A stretch of 64,000 nucleotides of DNA. Origin: Camelus dromedarius (lineage: Eukaryota). A program made the translations under genes and the position numbers. The stretch spans positions 13,578,001 through 13,642,000 of the forward strand of contig NC_087436.1 in the NCBI RefSeq assembly GCF_036321535.1, written 5' to 3'. The notes under the pieces are model-generated. The model did not search any database, was not told the DNA's origin, and worked only from the letters and a program-made list of their open reading frames with translations. Below, in pieces: positions 38,123 to 52,066 of the stretch; the stretch's first letter is position 1; each line of letters opens with the position of its first letter.

Positions 38123-38364
38123 CTGCTACAAAAAGCAAGAGGTCTAGTCTCAGAAACAGGATGTCAACTGACCAAGGGAAGAAAGAGGAAAACGGTTTAC
38201 CTGCCTAGCATCCTCATCACTGCCAGTCCCTCAATTTTGGAAAATAAGTGGTGTACTTTATCGTCACGGAATCAAAGACTAACTCAGTGTGCTCATCACC
38301 CACGACCTACCACTGCAGGCTGGATGGCTCGGACTGGACGCCCACTTCCTTCACAACGGGGGTG

Positions 38365-38525
38365 AAAAGCACAGCCCAGGGCAAATGGTCAGGACTGTCG
38401 GAATAACGGTGCTGACAGAGGGTGACTAGCCTTGCATGGTGACCATCTCACAACGTGTACAAATATCAAACCACTGTGTTGTACACCTGAAACTAATGTG
38501 ATATTGTATGTAAATTGTAATTCCC
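38365..38525 (+). mobile_element. L1 3' end fragment
   Basis: accactgtgttgtacacctgaaactaatgtgatattgtatg. Confidence 0.7.
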
Positions 38526-39586
38526 AAAAAAACCCTCAGAGATGGGAGTTTGATCTGTTGAGCAGAGAGAGCCAAGGACCCAGGAGAAAAGGGGGCCAGG
38601 GGAGCTTTTCTTTAAATGAGACTCTTATCATGAAAAGCAAATAAATTACCCAAGGATAAGGGGAATGGGTCCAAACCCAGCTTTCATTTCCCAGAGAATT
38701 ACTTCCATTTAGACTGTAAATCATTCTCACCTGGTGTCAGATAGCAACCATGTAATGAGCAAGATCAGTATTTGAAAAACTGGCTCTCACTGCTAATTAA
38801 AAGGTATAGACTCCAAAAAGCGTCCACCCACGTTTGTTCTAACGGGAGGCAGACCCTGTGGCTGTGGCTTTGTTAACATGCGGAGGGCTGGATGCCATCC
38901 AGGGTCCCAGCACACGTCCAGGGGCTTCAACATGTCCCGCTACTTAAAGCCCACCCTCGGGGCAGGGCCAGCACTCGCTCACGTAAACCACAACCACACA
39001 AACTGTGACTCGTGGTAGGTGCTTGGATCCCAATTCCAATGTGGACTTTCACTACAGAAAGTAAGAAAGTAAATACCTCTATAATAAGCTGAACAAACAA
39101 ACAACAAAACTTCAAATGGACTCTGATTACACATAGATATGAACATCTTCTCAAGTTTTCACAATTGAATGACATATCCGATGGTGAATTTAAGAAACTG
39201 CCATTGGGTAACGATTTCCCAGTACTCAAACTATTCGATCTTTTGATGTTTAAATGTGTGCAAGATGAATGCCATGGAAAAATGACAGTTTGTCTTCTGT
39301 GAGCAAGTAGGAATTATGAGCGACCGTTTTTGTTTTTTCCATTTTGTCTCTAATCTACTAATAGTTCATCTTTTCATTGAATATATTAATAGCTCATCTT
39401 TTTAAAAAGTGAAGCAATGACATGGTCACCAGCTACGTTACTTTTTCCCCTTCGTGTTTCTCTCAGTTCTTGGTTTGTTATTTATAAGACATCGCGATTC
39501 AACCAGGCAGGTGGCAGCACCCAGTTCAGGCGCCACGGGGCCAAGCGAGGCCATCTTCCGGTCGCCGGTGGGAGAGGAGGCCGTAC

Positions 39587-39707
39587 CTGTTGGGTAGCGG
39601 GGCGGGTCCCTGCACCCCGGCCGGCACGCCGCTTTCCAGGGCGCAGCTGAAGCCGCTCGTCACACACACGGGCTGCGAGGGCCACAGGTCTCCCGGCGGG
39701 TACAGAC
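39587..39707 (-). CDS. TMEM131L: TMEM131L exon ([18 protein letters not shown]...PLPNS)
   Basis: ttccctag|GT...AACAG|gtacgg; 121 nt; phase 1->2. Confidence 0.9.
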
Positions 39708-40437
39708 CTAGGGAAGAGGATCAGCCTCTCATCTCAGTCCACCTCCCGGCCCTGCAGGACCAGCTCAACTTCACCTCCCTCCAGAAAGCACAACCCGGTC
39801 CCCCATCGTGGGGACCACTTCTGCCCTCCTCCAGCCCCGTCCGGACGTCAAGTGAACACACAGCAGGCGGCTTTGACCTTTACCTCAGACGGCAGGTACC
39901 ATCGTCTCCTGACCCAGGTTACAAGACCGTTGTGATGACTCAACGGTACTCATGGGCCCGCTTTCTGCAAAGCCCCCAGATTCCAAGGACACAGCAGTGA
40001 ACATGTTTGCATTCAAGTAAGCAGAGCCAAACAACAAACAGAAGTAAGAAGCTGGGGAAACGGTGCAGCCCCGGGGATAAGACACCAGGATTCTGTGGCA
40101 GTGGGGCGGGTGGGGACCAATGTCAACACCTGGGGAGGGACCACCGTGGACTCCAGGAGGCCTGGGGCACAAAGTGACATGAGTGATACCAGTTTTTCAG
40201 AACCGCCCCCGGACCCCTCCTCAGGAAGGAGCAGGGCTGGGGATGGCTCTCTAAAGCTGGGTAAAGGCCTGACTGCTGGGTCCGCCAACACCCGCCACAC
40301 GGTTCTGAACTCAGTTTGATCACCGACCCCCTTAACCTTTCCAGGGGATGCCCCACTCGTGCACCTCCCAGCAAAACACCTGTCAGCACCTCTGCTGGTC
40401 TCCCGCCTTCAATGCCATAGCCACTGCTCAGTCACTC

Positions 40438-40505
40438 ATGGGATGGATGGATGGATGGATGGATGGATGGATGGATAAATGGATGGATAGATGGACAGAT
40501 GGATG
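40438..40505. repeat. (GGAT)n tetranucleotide microsatellite
   Basis: ggatggatggatggatggat... Confidence 0.95.
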
Positions 40506-41359
40506 CCACTGGCTGGTGGCATGGACTAAAGGGACAGGCTGGCCATCTGCACACAGGCAGTGCCTCCACATAGAAAGACGTGACTCAACCATTCAAAATG
40601 ACTTGGAAACCCAAAGGTTTGCCAGCCAGCCAGCTACACTGGGGACACTGCTTGCCTGTGCCTCTGCCATGGGGGGAGCCCAACAAGTAGACACAAACCT
40701 CCCTGCACCTGCTGTGTGGGAGATGGCGGTAGTCCCCCTCCTGTAAACCCGGAGACTGGCCGCTCAGGGTGGCCAGAGAGACCTTGGAGTGTTTAAAGAA
40801 ACAGCACCCCTAGACCACGTGGCTTTCATAGTGTGGAGGTCTCTCAATGAGGGGCTACCCTTGGCCATGCAGGGAGCTTCCCAGAAGGATCACTTGTGGT
40901 TCACGCACCTCCTACGGGCAGTGTTCACCACGAGGGAGCCGTCCAATTAGAAAAAGTGGGATAAACTTTGCTAAAATGAGCTGAAGTGGTCAAAGACACC
41001 CCCTTGGCCCAGAAGTCATTCAGGGCAGCCTCAGCCCACTGGTCAGGGCTGCTGTGGACAGCAGTGCCCTGGACGCCCTCCGGCCGGCCGAGGCCCAGTC
41101 TAGCCGTCACTAACACCTCCTGCCGTGCCTGGAGAGGTCAGGACAGAGACGTGAGGAGCGAGCCGCCCGGCCTCCCAAGGAAGACCGGGGGTTTACGGCC
41201 TCGCTCAGCGGCTGGGTCGGGACTCTGCGCAGCAGGGCTGCAGTCAGCGCTGCAGGGCAGCTGCACCCTGCTGCTTGAGTCCTGTTGAGAGCAGTGGGAA
41301 CTAGATGCTGTAGGAGCCAATTAAGAGACTCACTGCCCCCTTCTGTCCATCAGATGAAC

Positions 41360-41894
41360 CAAGAACTGCTTACGGAGTGATGTCCTCATGAGCAAAGGGA
41401 CCAGAAGCCAAGACCACACAGAAACAAGGGGCATGTGTGCTGCCAGGAGACTGTCCTCTGTGGGTCTCACCTTCCTGTACTTCCTGAGACCCGATGCTCT
41501 GGCTGTCCACATTCTGACCTACCATTTCAAGGGTATTTGCTAAACAAAGCCTCAGAAGATAGAGACAGGGTCTCCCTTTAGAGCAGGGGGCAAGTTTGTT
41601 TTGTCCAACACAATAAAGGTAACATCTCCTGCCTCTTATAAAAAACACTTGGGCTCCATTAGCTCAGGGCTCCTTTCCTGTCATGCAACCACTGACCACT
41701 GCATGTGCAGGCGGCCAAGAGACTGGCAGCAAGGGGGCCTGAAGGAAGTGTGCCGGGCTGCCTGCGGTGCTAAACGTCCTTTGCCTCTGACCCAGGAGTT
41801 CCCTGTCTTCTGCCAGCATCTGCAGAATCGTGGCAGACTAGCTGGTTAGCTTGTGGTTAGGGTGAACGCCTCAGACCCCTCCCAGTCCTCAACA
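41360..41894 (+). mobile_element. ERVL-class LTR (MER77-like)
   Basis: taaacgtcctttgcctctgacccaggagttccctgtcttctgccagcatc...tcagacccctcccagtcctcaaca. Confidence 0.65.
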
Positions 41895-41954
41895 GTGACG
41901 TGATCTGACTTAGGTTTAACACGATCCCTCTGGCTGCTGTTAAAAATAGACGGC

Positions 41955-42090
41955 AAGGTGGTGACGGATGTTAACCAGACTCGCTGTGCTGACTGTTTTG
42001 CAACATATGCAGATGTGCAATCATTATGCCGTACACCTGAAACTCATATAATGTTACGTATCAATTACACCTCAAAAAAAAAAAAAAAGA
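41955..42090 (+). mobile_element. L1 3' end with poly(A), inserted in an L2 region extending to ~43390
   Basis: gtacacctgaaactcatataatgttacgtatcaattacacctcaaaaaaaaaaaaaaa. Confidence 0.75.
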
Positions 42091-44666
42091 GAAGAGAAAA
42101 CAATGAGACAGTAGTGAGGAGAGAGCAGAAGCAGAGAGACCTGTCCGGTGGTCACGGTGACTACCTAAGTGAGGGATGACAGCGGCCTGGACCAGGGCAG
42201 TCACGGTGGAGGTGGGAGGAGTGAACAGACGCTGGATGCATCTGGAAGGCAGACGGCTTTGAGAGTAAGACAACAGACTGTGCGTGGGGGACAAGGAAAA
42301 AGGCGACGCTGGCACCTAGATTTCTGGCCTGAGTGACAAGACAGACCAAGTGGGGAGCCGGTGAGGAGCAGGACTGAGGGAGGAGGTGGCAGTCACTCTG
42401 GGACATCTGTGCGTCCCCCAAGGACAGAGGGCACGTGGCAAGTGGCTGTATGAGGCCAGACTGAAGGTACAGAGGTGGGAGTTGTTGGGGGAGGGGGAGA
42501 AGCTGTGAGGGGGACACGACCAGCAGGGGAGCATGGGCCTGGCCTCCCGGCGACAGCGTCCAGCATGGCAGAGGGGAGGAGGAATCGCACAGGGACCCCG
42601 GAGGGTACAGCCAGAGCAGAATGTCTTGGGTCCACAGGAGGTCGACTTGAAGACAGAGGACAGAGTGTCGGATTTGCAGACAAGGAAGTCACTGGTGCCC
42701 TGCAGACACTGCCTCAGGGCATCACAGCACAGCCAGTCCACAGGGTTTGGGGGAGAACCAGAGAAAGGGGTCGGAATCAGCAAGCTGTTCCCCTAAACAA
42801 AGGGGTCAGGAGCCACTAGACAACAGGGTCAAGGGAGAGGGTTTTGGCTGCTGTCGGTTTTTCAAAGACCGGAGAATTACAGGATATTTGCACGCTGCTG
42901 GGAACGACTCTTTAGAGAAAACCCGATGCTGGCAAGGACCCTTGGAGGGGAGGGCTGCACTGGCACCCCACAGGTCGCAACACGAAAGGAGCAAGGGTGA
43001 CAGGTGGCAGATGGAGCAGGGGAAGATCTCTAACTGCTTCTCTCTTCCCCAGCGAAACAGGACGCAAGATCGACTAGGAGAACCAGGCAGAGATGCTGGA
43101 GGAGGGTCGGGGGTGAGGAGCCCAGGGAGATGCAGCCGCTGCCCGGGGAGGATAGCGTGTTGACAAGCAGCTGTGTTCCAGTCTCGCTCATCAGCACAGA
43201 AACAGGCAGAGAAGCTGGAGAACCGGGCAGAAGCACGACTGCGGCTTTGCATAGGGGGTGCGATCACGGGAGGGGAGGCGGGGAAGTGATGTAACAACAG
43301 ATCAGAGAACTGAGGCTGCGCACACGAGGGAGGTGATGGGCAGGGAGACAGGGACAGGACCGGGGCTCTGCAGACAGGAACTGTGGACAAGTTCTATTTC
43401 TTTAGTGACTTTATGGTCTAGCCAGGGATTGTAACCCATCGTCAAAAAGAAATAGATTATTAGTGAAGACAAGGTAAAAGACACCTGAAACACACACACA
43501 CACACCCATGGATTAAGACACTAGATGACATACAATTCTCCAAACTGATGACAAAACAAAGACAGAAGAACACGTTGAGATGTGTCTGTTGGACACAGGT
43601 TTTCTCCTTCCCCACCATCAACTACATCCTCTCCCTCTTCTATTACCTCCAAGAAAAAAGGTGGTACCATTTAAACATCCCAAATCTCACCTCAACAAAT
43701 TACTGAATTTAAGAGGTTCTTTTCATTGAAAACTAATTTTACTGGACTAGTAATCAGATCGAACTCACAGTTCATTTATTTCTGTTGATAATTTGACAGC
43801 CAGTCCAAAATGTGACCAGAGGACAGCACAGAAGCCTCATGCCTTCATAGTAGAACAGCTCCACTGTGCAGAGCAGCGTTTAGCTCCCACACGATTTACA
43901 TGAGCAAACATGCGTATCGGAGCCGAGCATGCCCGGAGGGTGAAACGCACCAGGCTCACCCTGCAGAGCCCTGACCGGGTTAGGGAGGAAGGAGGCACAA
44001 GAGGAAAACAGGAGCCACGAGACCAACCAAGGCGAGAGAGGTTAAGGGGAGGGGAAAGGGAGAAGAAGGCCTGGAGGTAACCTCCGGGACAGACCCAGGA
44101 AGGAACAGGCTTCCTTCCCGCCGGGTCTGCACTCTGCGCTCTGGGGCCACAGACCCCCGCCTGGCAGGGGCCGGCAGAAGCTAAGAGATCGGTGGGCTTT
44201 GGGGCAGGAGGAAGGCTGGTCACTGAGGCCGGCCAACAGGCTTCTGCAGCAAAGGGAGGAGGGTGAAGACGCAGGGGAAGCGGAGGTCGGCTGATACAGG
44301 TGACAGACCCTCACCCTCGGTCGGCTCTCCAGCTGGCCTGCCACCACCCTCTATTTCTGCCATCTCGGATGGGAACAGGGAACTAAAGGCAGTGGTATTT
44401 AGAGGCACACTGCTGCTTGGGGGCCACAGGCCATCTGTGCCTCGTTTACCAGGAGGGGGCTGAGGGCCAGTGCAGAAGGGCAGCTGAAGTCAGAGGCCCC
44501 GAGGATGCCCGTGCAGAGGACAGGTGCCTTCCCGAGGCACGAAAACCCAGAGCCATGGGGCCCTGGGCCCTGGTCCCCAGCCTGCCTCATCCACCCCCCA
44601 GTTCCCCGGCCAGCAGGGCAACAGGGACCCCTGGCCGGCATCCCGAGCAAGAGGAACAGGCCTCAC

Positions 44667-44749
44667 CTTTGTCTTCCTCAACACCCGCAGGTCCAGCAGG
44701 AAGGCTGGGACAGGCAGCATTCGAGAACCGGGGGAGGTCACTCGCATCT
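44667..44749 (-). CDS. TMEM131L: TMEM131L exon (DASDLPRFSNAACPSLPAGPAGVEEDK)
   Basis: ccccgcag|A...AAAG|gtgagg; 83 nt; phase 2->1. Confidence 0.88.
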
Positions 44750-45619
44750 CTGCGGGGAGAGCACGAAGAGGGGAACTACTGACTTTCTGAACAAGGAAAT
44801 ACTGAATTTGTATGACCCACTCTGAGTTTTTACATGAAAGCCTCCCCTCAAAAACATACGGATACTGGAGACACAATGTTACACACCCAGAAAAGGGCTG
44901 GAAATGTTAACTTCCCCAGATCCAGCCAAGTCTTGTTTTAATAAACAACAACACGTTTTAACCAAGGTAACTTCGGGCATCGATCTGCAGTTTCCAATCC
45001 ACCTCCCACCAGTGGGAAGCAGTTCTCTGCCCCAAATTACTCTCTACCCCAGACAGAAACAGTTCGCACAGAGCCTCCCTTGTCCAGTTCCACTGAATGA
45101 CACCCTCCTGTCCCCTCAAGGAGCCTAACACTTCCTTCCACTTCTCACTCTGAAGCCCTCTCCTTCTTACGTCCCCTCCCTTTCTCTCTCTCAGTAAATG
45201 GGGCTTGTTTATCTTGTCCGATGCTGCAGAAATCAGCACACGGCGAAATTACAAATGCGGGTCAACTAGGTTCCTGCAAACTTTTCTGAATCATCAGTGC
45301 TATTTTATTTCGAGTCCTAGCAAAGAGTAGATGGTTCCCATCCCTAACTCGTGTTCTTCCTACTTTCAGGAATGAGATGTTCTCTAACGTGGCCTTATCA
45401 CTGAAAGGACCAGCGATACCCGATGCTCCCATGGGACCGTGTTCACCTGGAGGGACCACATGCTCTGAACTGTTAATAAAATCAGACTTTACTTTCTCAC
45501 ATCCTTAAAAGGTGTTTATATTTTCGCCTGCAGAACCAAGTGCAAAGAAAAAACACACTGAATGACAGGAAAAGCAGTACCTAAAACACACTGCAAAAGC
45601 TGGAAAATGAAACACTTAC

Positions 45620-45698
45620 GTGGGGTTGCAGATGTTATGAGAAAGATTCAAGATGATGGGGGTTTCGGGGGGAAAGTCACTTTGCAAAACACTGTCTC
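45620..45698 (-). CDS. TMEM131L: TMEM131L exon ([25 protein letters not shown])
   Basis: tttatgcag|GA...CCAC|gtaagt; 79 nt; phase 1->2. Confidence 0.9.
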
Positions 45699-47074
45699 CT
45701 GCATAAAAACAAAGAGAGGATCACAAGTTTTTACAAGCATAATTCAACTGTATATATATTAAGACACAGACTGCTAATATCATTAACCGCAGATGAGTGA
45801 TTTTCACTTTAAACTGACATTTACACATTGAGTAATTTAATTTTTTTAATTAAAAATTTTTTTATGTATGTATATGCATAAAATGTGTGGGATCATACTT
45901 CAGAAACACTTTGCCTTTTTGGTCTTTCACACCGTTAATTATAATGGGGACATTTTCCTGGTACTTATTATACAACCTCCGGACACCCCCAGACTGCATC
46001 ACATGCCACCGTGTCACAGCAACACCTTTCTCGTTCTCCTGTCGCTGGCCTTATGCCCCCAGCTGCACTTCTATCAGGCAGGCTGTCTTCAGTGACCAAG
46101 AAAACCATTCCTGCCCCCACATAAAACGCCACGAGCAGGGCCTACATCCAAGTCCGTGCATCCTCCACGCTGGCGATACTGTCCCCGCAGATGGGGCGGG
46201 GCTGGTTTGGTTCCTGGGGCTGGGAATAGCTTATCATTTATGTGTGAGACACAGCACACAGTAATAAACAGATACACAGTGTATGTCGGTGGCACTGAAA
46301 TTTTAGGAGGGTTGTTAGGCAAACGGTGTCCACAAAGGCACCTGCTGGAGGGGCCAACGATGAGAAAAAGGCTGAGAAACAGAATCAACTCACAAGTGGG
46401 CGTTTGTCTAGGTTGCTATGGTACCAGGGCCCTGGACTGTCAGACGAGACCTTCTTTACAGGTACCACTGCTGGCAGGAGGGAGAACAGAGGCCAGCAGA
46501 GAGGCTGCTGTACGGAGAGGGAGGTGGGGGGAGTGGGCTGGGCTCTGAGGGAGACGTGGGGTCCAGTGTGTCCAACGAGCCACACGACCCCTCTGAGCCC
46601 GGGTCCTCTGCACCCCACAGAGCGAGCACCCCACAGATGCCACGGTGACACCAGCGGGAATCCCTGCCCTGATACAATGCTTAACCACGTTCTGTGTCGA
46701 CTGTAACAGTGAAAAGGGGTGAATTAAATCCTTACATAGACACTGAGCTGTAACAAATGATGCCAAGGGAAAAGCAAGCCACAATGTGCTACCCTGAAGT
46801 ACGATCTCCTTTGTGTAAATTAAAACAATTCTCTATTTTGTTGATGGCTGTGTGAATGTAAAATAAAATATGGACTAAAAGAATACACGCCAAGTCTATG
46901 ACATTGGATGGTGAGTCTCTCAAGGAGGGGGAAATGGAACAGGCTATAAAGTATTATTCTTTAAAAACAAAATTAGGACAAATCTGACAAAATTAAGAGG
47001 AATTAATTCTGGGTCACAGAAATACAGATGCTGCTTCCACCTTTCCTGCATCTTCAAATTTCTCAAAGTGGGGA

Positions 47075-47535
47075 CCACTGTTTACAGCAACGTTATTCAT
47101 GATACCCAAAAGGTAGTGTCCATTAACAGAAGAATGGACAGACAAAATGCGGTATATACCCATGACGGAATAGTATTCAGCCTTAAAAAGGAAGGAAACC
47201 TTGCCATGTCAGAACATGGGTGAACCCTGAAGACATCATGCTAAATGAAACAAGCCAGCCACCGAAGGACAAATCTGTGTGACTCCCCTGACCAGCTACC
47301 AGAGTGGCCAAATTCACAGACAGCAAGTGGAGCAGAGGTCACAGGGCTGCAGGGGCGGGGAAGGGAAACCTGGGGTTGACTAGGTGCCGAGTTTCTGTTT
47401 GAAAAGATGGAAAAGGTCTGAAGATGGACGGTGGTGGAGGTTGCAGAACAATACGAATGTACTCAATGCCACTGAACTGTACACTCAAAAACAGTTAAAA
47501 TGGTAAATTGTGTTGTGTATACCACAATAAAAATG
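47075..47535 (+). mobile_element. L1MB-type 3'UTR
   Basis: tattcagccttaaaaaggaagga...atgtactcaatgccactgaactgtacact. Confidence 0.85.
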
Positions 47536-47774
47536 TACAAGTGAAAACGTGGGAATTCTTCCAACTGTTTCCAAGATGGAGACTTAAATAATAATACTAC
47601 TAATAATAACAGATGGAGGAAGGAAGGAAGAAAAAGAAAGTGGATAAAATTCAAAGCACAGCAAACACTCAAAGGCACAGGCATCTGTGCTCCGGGCCGG
47701 GGAGGCAGCCCTGGCCCCCGTCCTGGGTCCGGAGGAGGGCGGGGAGCGGGGCCACGACTCAGCCCCGGACTCAC

Positions 47775-47960
47775 CGGCCGGCTGGAAGTGCTGGGGGCCC
47801 GCCGTGAGCTTCTTGTCCCCGTCGGAGCTGCTGGTGCTGCTCCAGCTGCCCCAGCTGCCCCGGCTGGCACGCACGCTCCCCGAGGAGCTGCCGCAGTCCG
47901 AGCTGGAGTCTGAGCAGGACTTCTCCCCGCACTTCTTCCTGGAATCCTGGTAGTAACCCT
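47775..47960 (-). CDS. TMEM131L: TMEM131L exon ([10 protein letters not shown]...[33 protein letters not shown]...FQPA)
   Basis: ccctgcag|AG...GCCG|gtgagt; 186 nt; phase 1->1. Confidence 0.92.
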
Positions 47961-48104
47961 CTGCAGGGAGGAAGAGAGGCCACGTTCACCTACACAACGT
48001 TCAGGGCGAGGCCAACTCTCATCAAAGGAGGGAGGCCAAACTATGAAGACGGCAAGGTTCAACTTCAGATCCGCGACCTCTGCTCATCCAGAGAGAAGAA
48101 AAGT

Positions 48105-48415
48105 TAACTTATTTACCAAACAGAAACAGACTCAGACACAGAAAACAAACTGGTAGTTACCAGGGTGGGAAGGGGATGGGAAGGGATAAACTGGGAGTTT
48201 GAGATGTGCAGATACTAACTTCTACACATAAAGTAGATAAACAGCAAGTTTATAGTGTAGAGCACAGGGAACTATATTCAACATTTTGTAGTAACCTATA
48301 ATGAAAAAGAATAGGAAAAGGAATATATGTATGTACATGTATGACTGAAACATGATGCTGTACACCAGAAATTGACACAACGCTGTAAACTGACTATACT
48401 TCAATTAAAAAAAAA
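48105..48415 (+). mobile_element. Young L1 3'UTR fragment
   Basis: aacttatttaccaaacagaaacagactcagacac...tgactatacttcaattaaaaaaaa. Confidence 0.85.
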
Positions 48416-49289
48416 TTAACTGAAACTAATGATGGGACCTTAAGAAACCGCTGGGGTGAGCTGTGCTGTGCTAAGTGCTCTGCTGTCAGATGGACAATTA
48501 ATGCTGTCTGGGGCTCAGACCGTCAATTCCAATAATAATCTTGACCCCAAAATGGTTCTGGAAATAACAAGCATTTCTCTCAAGAAAATCAAAGCTATTC
48601 TACTGGACTGGAGATTTATAGGTAATTTCTTTATTAAAATGTCCACCAAGAGTTCCAGAGTGGGTGGGAAGAACCTCTAATAAGATCCAGAGGCAACACA
48701 CACGTGTCAAGGGGCTGAACAAGAAGCCCCGCTACCTCTGCGTACTGTCTCGGGTGCACTGATGTGGGCACATGTCTGGGAACATGGGTGTCAGCGGGAG
48801 CACCCCAACTCTCCCGCCTGGCACCCAATGTGCACTGCCCTACCCTGGACCCAGCGCTGGGTGCCCTCTACCACCTCCCCCCCAGGACCCAACCCATCAG
48901 CCCTCACGGGGCAGCAGCCTGGCTCTGCGGGAACCGCCTAGCGCGTGTGCATGAGAACAGCCGCTGTTCTCACCTGCCTTTTCCCCACTCCCCTCTTTCC
49001 CGAGGAAGTCAGTCCAGAGCAAGCACCCACCGTCCCTTCAGGAATCTGCATGCGCAGAGATGAGAATGGCTACGTGTCAGGGGAGGGGGAGGTCGGGAGG
49101 GGCAACAACACTAGGGAAAGAATCTCAGAAGAATCCCAGCACCTGGTCTCCTCCTGACAGCATCCTACTCGGGCTCCAGTGAGCTACACTGCCTGGGAGG
49201 TGACAATCTCATCAAGACACACTGGACACTCCCCCGGAGAAGCAGCAACCCCGAGAGCAGCACGTGGGCAGCTCAGCAAGGCTCCATAC

Positions 49290-49456
49290 CTGCCTCTCCC
49301 TGCGCGGCAGGTAAGCTGCGTCCCAGGCCAGCATCTGTTTTACACGTTTCCCCGGGATTTTCCTGGATGCACCAGCTTCTTACATCCAGGTCGCCACTCA
49401 GCTCTGACCTTTCCAATTCACTGCACACAAGCTTTAATTCACTCTGTTCAGAAGGC
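49290..49456 (-). CDS. TMEM131L: TMEM131L exon ([32 protein letters not shown]...AAQGEA)
   Basis: ctcttccag|G...GCAG|gtatgg; 167 nt; phase 2->1. Confidence 0.92.
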
Positions 49457-51941
49457 CTGGAAGAGCCACCAAAAAAAAAAAAAAAAAAAAAACCACATCA
49501 CGTGTTATCCTGCAAACATACCTACTTGATTTCCTCAAGACTTATCCGAGGGGAGAATACGAATCTGGGACAACTGGAGACCCCTTCTCTTTGGGTCTGC
49601 GGGGAGAAGATGATGAGGAAGGGGGAGATGTTATTACTAAGGACAAGAGTTTGCCATTTCAGAATCAGAATTAAGTCGATGCTCATTTAATCTCTTCATA
49701 TTTTTCAGCAAGAGGAATAAAACTCCGCAGGTTAAGCGAGTCGCCCAAGGTCCACTGGCAAGTGGCAGGTGCAGAGACAGAACCCACAACTCTTGGCATG
49801 TCTTCCTTGGTTCTAGTGTAAAATATGATTCTCAGCAGGTGAACATGCCCGTGGTGTCCAGGGGGAGGTCCTGAGTGTTAACTTAAATCTTTCCTCATTC
49901 ATCCACTTAAGCAAACATTTGCTGAGTGATGACCACGAGCCACATATTGTTAGGAAAAACAGTGCAGTGTCTGCAAAGAATGAAGTTCCTCTCCCAGGAG
50001 TTCATAGTCCAATACTAATCTCTCTCTGGCTAGACCGTGAACTTGAGGAAAGACCTATAACATAGGAAACACAGAAACACGTAGAGAATGCTACAGGAAT
50101 GCTTAGATGATTACTGCATATGGTCCAACTTCAGCAGCTCACGGCAGGTTTGGAGGGTGGCAGGTAAGACTAGATATGTGAGTTGGAGCCACAGTCTCAC
50201 TCGTTTCTGACCGCTCGGGCTAAATGGCGTACAGAAGCACGAGCCAAGGAAACAGACAAGCCAGTGACAGTCACCTCCTTAAGCATCGTGTTCTCAAAAC
50301 ATTTTGACGAGCTACAAGCTACCTGGGAATTACTCTTTAACAACTTAATTTGTTTCTTTAGCATGTCAGAAATCTGCTTTTAAAAACACATCAGAACATT
50401 TCACTGGCGAAATTTCACTCTAGTTTTCTCTCTCTATTCCACTTAAGTCCTTCAAATTTTTACGAAAATACATGTAAAGGAATACAAGGGGTGATTTTTC
50501 CTTTCTACCGGAGACCACATTGCAGCTTTCAAATAATTCAGCCTAAATGAGAATAACTACCAGTCAGTGACCAGGATTCAGTGTTAATAATCATCTGACC
50601 ATGGGTATCTTTCTTTTTTCTCTATTTGCATTTTGCTGACCCTGCTGGGGTCACCTCCCCAGAGCAGGACGTGCCAGGGGGCGCATTTCAGGGCTGAATC
50701 CTAAGGTCTGAGCTCCCGATCACAACTTCTGTGGGAACCTGGAGACAGACACTGTAAGTAGCATCTTATGTGCCCCCATCAGGGGCTCCTGCCACCAGGC
50801 GGAGGCTCTGCCAGAGCTCCCTTCCAACCAGAGGAAGTTCAGCGAGGTGCACCCCTCTCCCCACACCAGTTTGGACCTGCTAGAGGACAAGCTGACAGAA
50901 ACACAGTTAAGTGCCGAGCTGGGCTCATAGGAAAGAGAAATCCCCAGTTGCTGGAACTCAAAAGAAAAGCCAGAGTGGTGGGCACGGAGGGGCGTCAAGG
51001 GAGGAAACACACCTCGCCGCCCACTCAGGGCGGGTTCAGGGAGCTGGGCCTGAGTCTCCTTCATAAAACCAGGCCCAGGGAGGTCACTGCTGCTGGAGGC
51101 GCTCCCCGTGCCTGTGTGCAGGGCGTTGGAAATCTAACCCAAGGAGTCAAAACTCAGAGACGACACCACCAGGTGGGGATCTGGAGTCAGAAAGCACACA
51201 CTCCTGACCTGGTGGAAAAATTCCTCAAGCTGCAGAACTGACCGAAAATTCAATGGAAAGAGAGATTTCTGGAAACCCAGAAATATGGGATAACCACAGA
51301 TAAGATACTGAAAGCTCAGGGAGATTAAGTGTCTCAAGGAAGCAAGGGTTCCCTAGGAGAGGGCCTAACTGGTTCACGGCCGGCTCTGCCCCTTCCAGCA
51401 AACCACGGGGTGTCCGCACCTCACTGCCCACAGCCCCGGGAACCCACCTTCTGCAGGACTGAAGGGCCTGATGGTTCTGTGCATGAGGAGGATTCTCCTT
51501 CATTATCAGGACCCCAGGCAGCCCAGTGGGGTCAGGATCAAGTGGGGACTTGGGCTGCCTGTGCCCAGGGTTTCTCTCTGTGACCCGCTCCACCAGCGCT
51601 CTTGCGTGTCACAGGCAGAAGGAAGGTCCTGGTGTGGAGGGGTGTCTATGCTTTTTCCCTAAAAGCACCCACAGCTTTTAGCATTTCATTAAGTAAAATT
51701 TTAAAAATAGGTTCATGTGAAGGAGTTCTCAACAAAATAAATAAAAATGGAACCAGAAGATATGTTAATTTTAAGAATATTCATTTTCATAACATATTTT
51801 TATCTCAAAATCCAAAACTGCCACTCTCATATTACCTGTATCCAACTTCACAAAAATAAGATTGAAAGATAAAGAGCTAAATGGAAAACTGCAGAGTAAA
51901 TAATGGATGAAGATTTTAAAGGGACTGCAAACACGACGTAC

Positions 51942-52066
51942 CTCAAGACCTGGGCAGCACTCCTTTTCTTGTTTTTTCTACACGTTCGATTTTTATTCCA
52001 ATTTAAATTTTGTAAACTTCCTTCTTTTTTCTCCTGAAGCTTCTTCTTCCTAGAAGGATCTTCTTG
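51942..52066 (-). CDS. TMEM131L: TMEM131L exon ([35 protein letters not shown]...)
   Basis: ttctttttag|CAA...TTGAG|gtacgt; 125 nt; phase 0->2. Confidence 0.92.
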
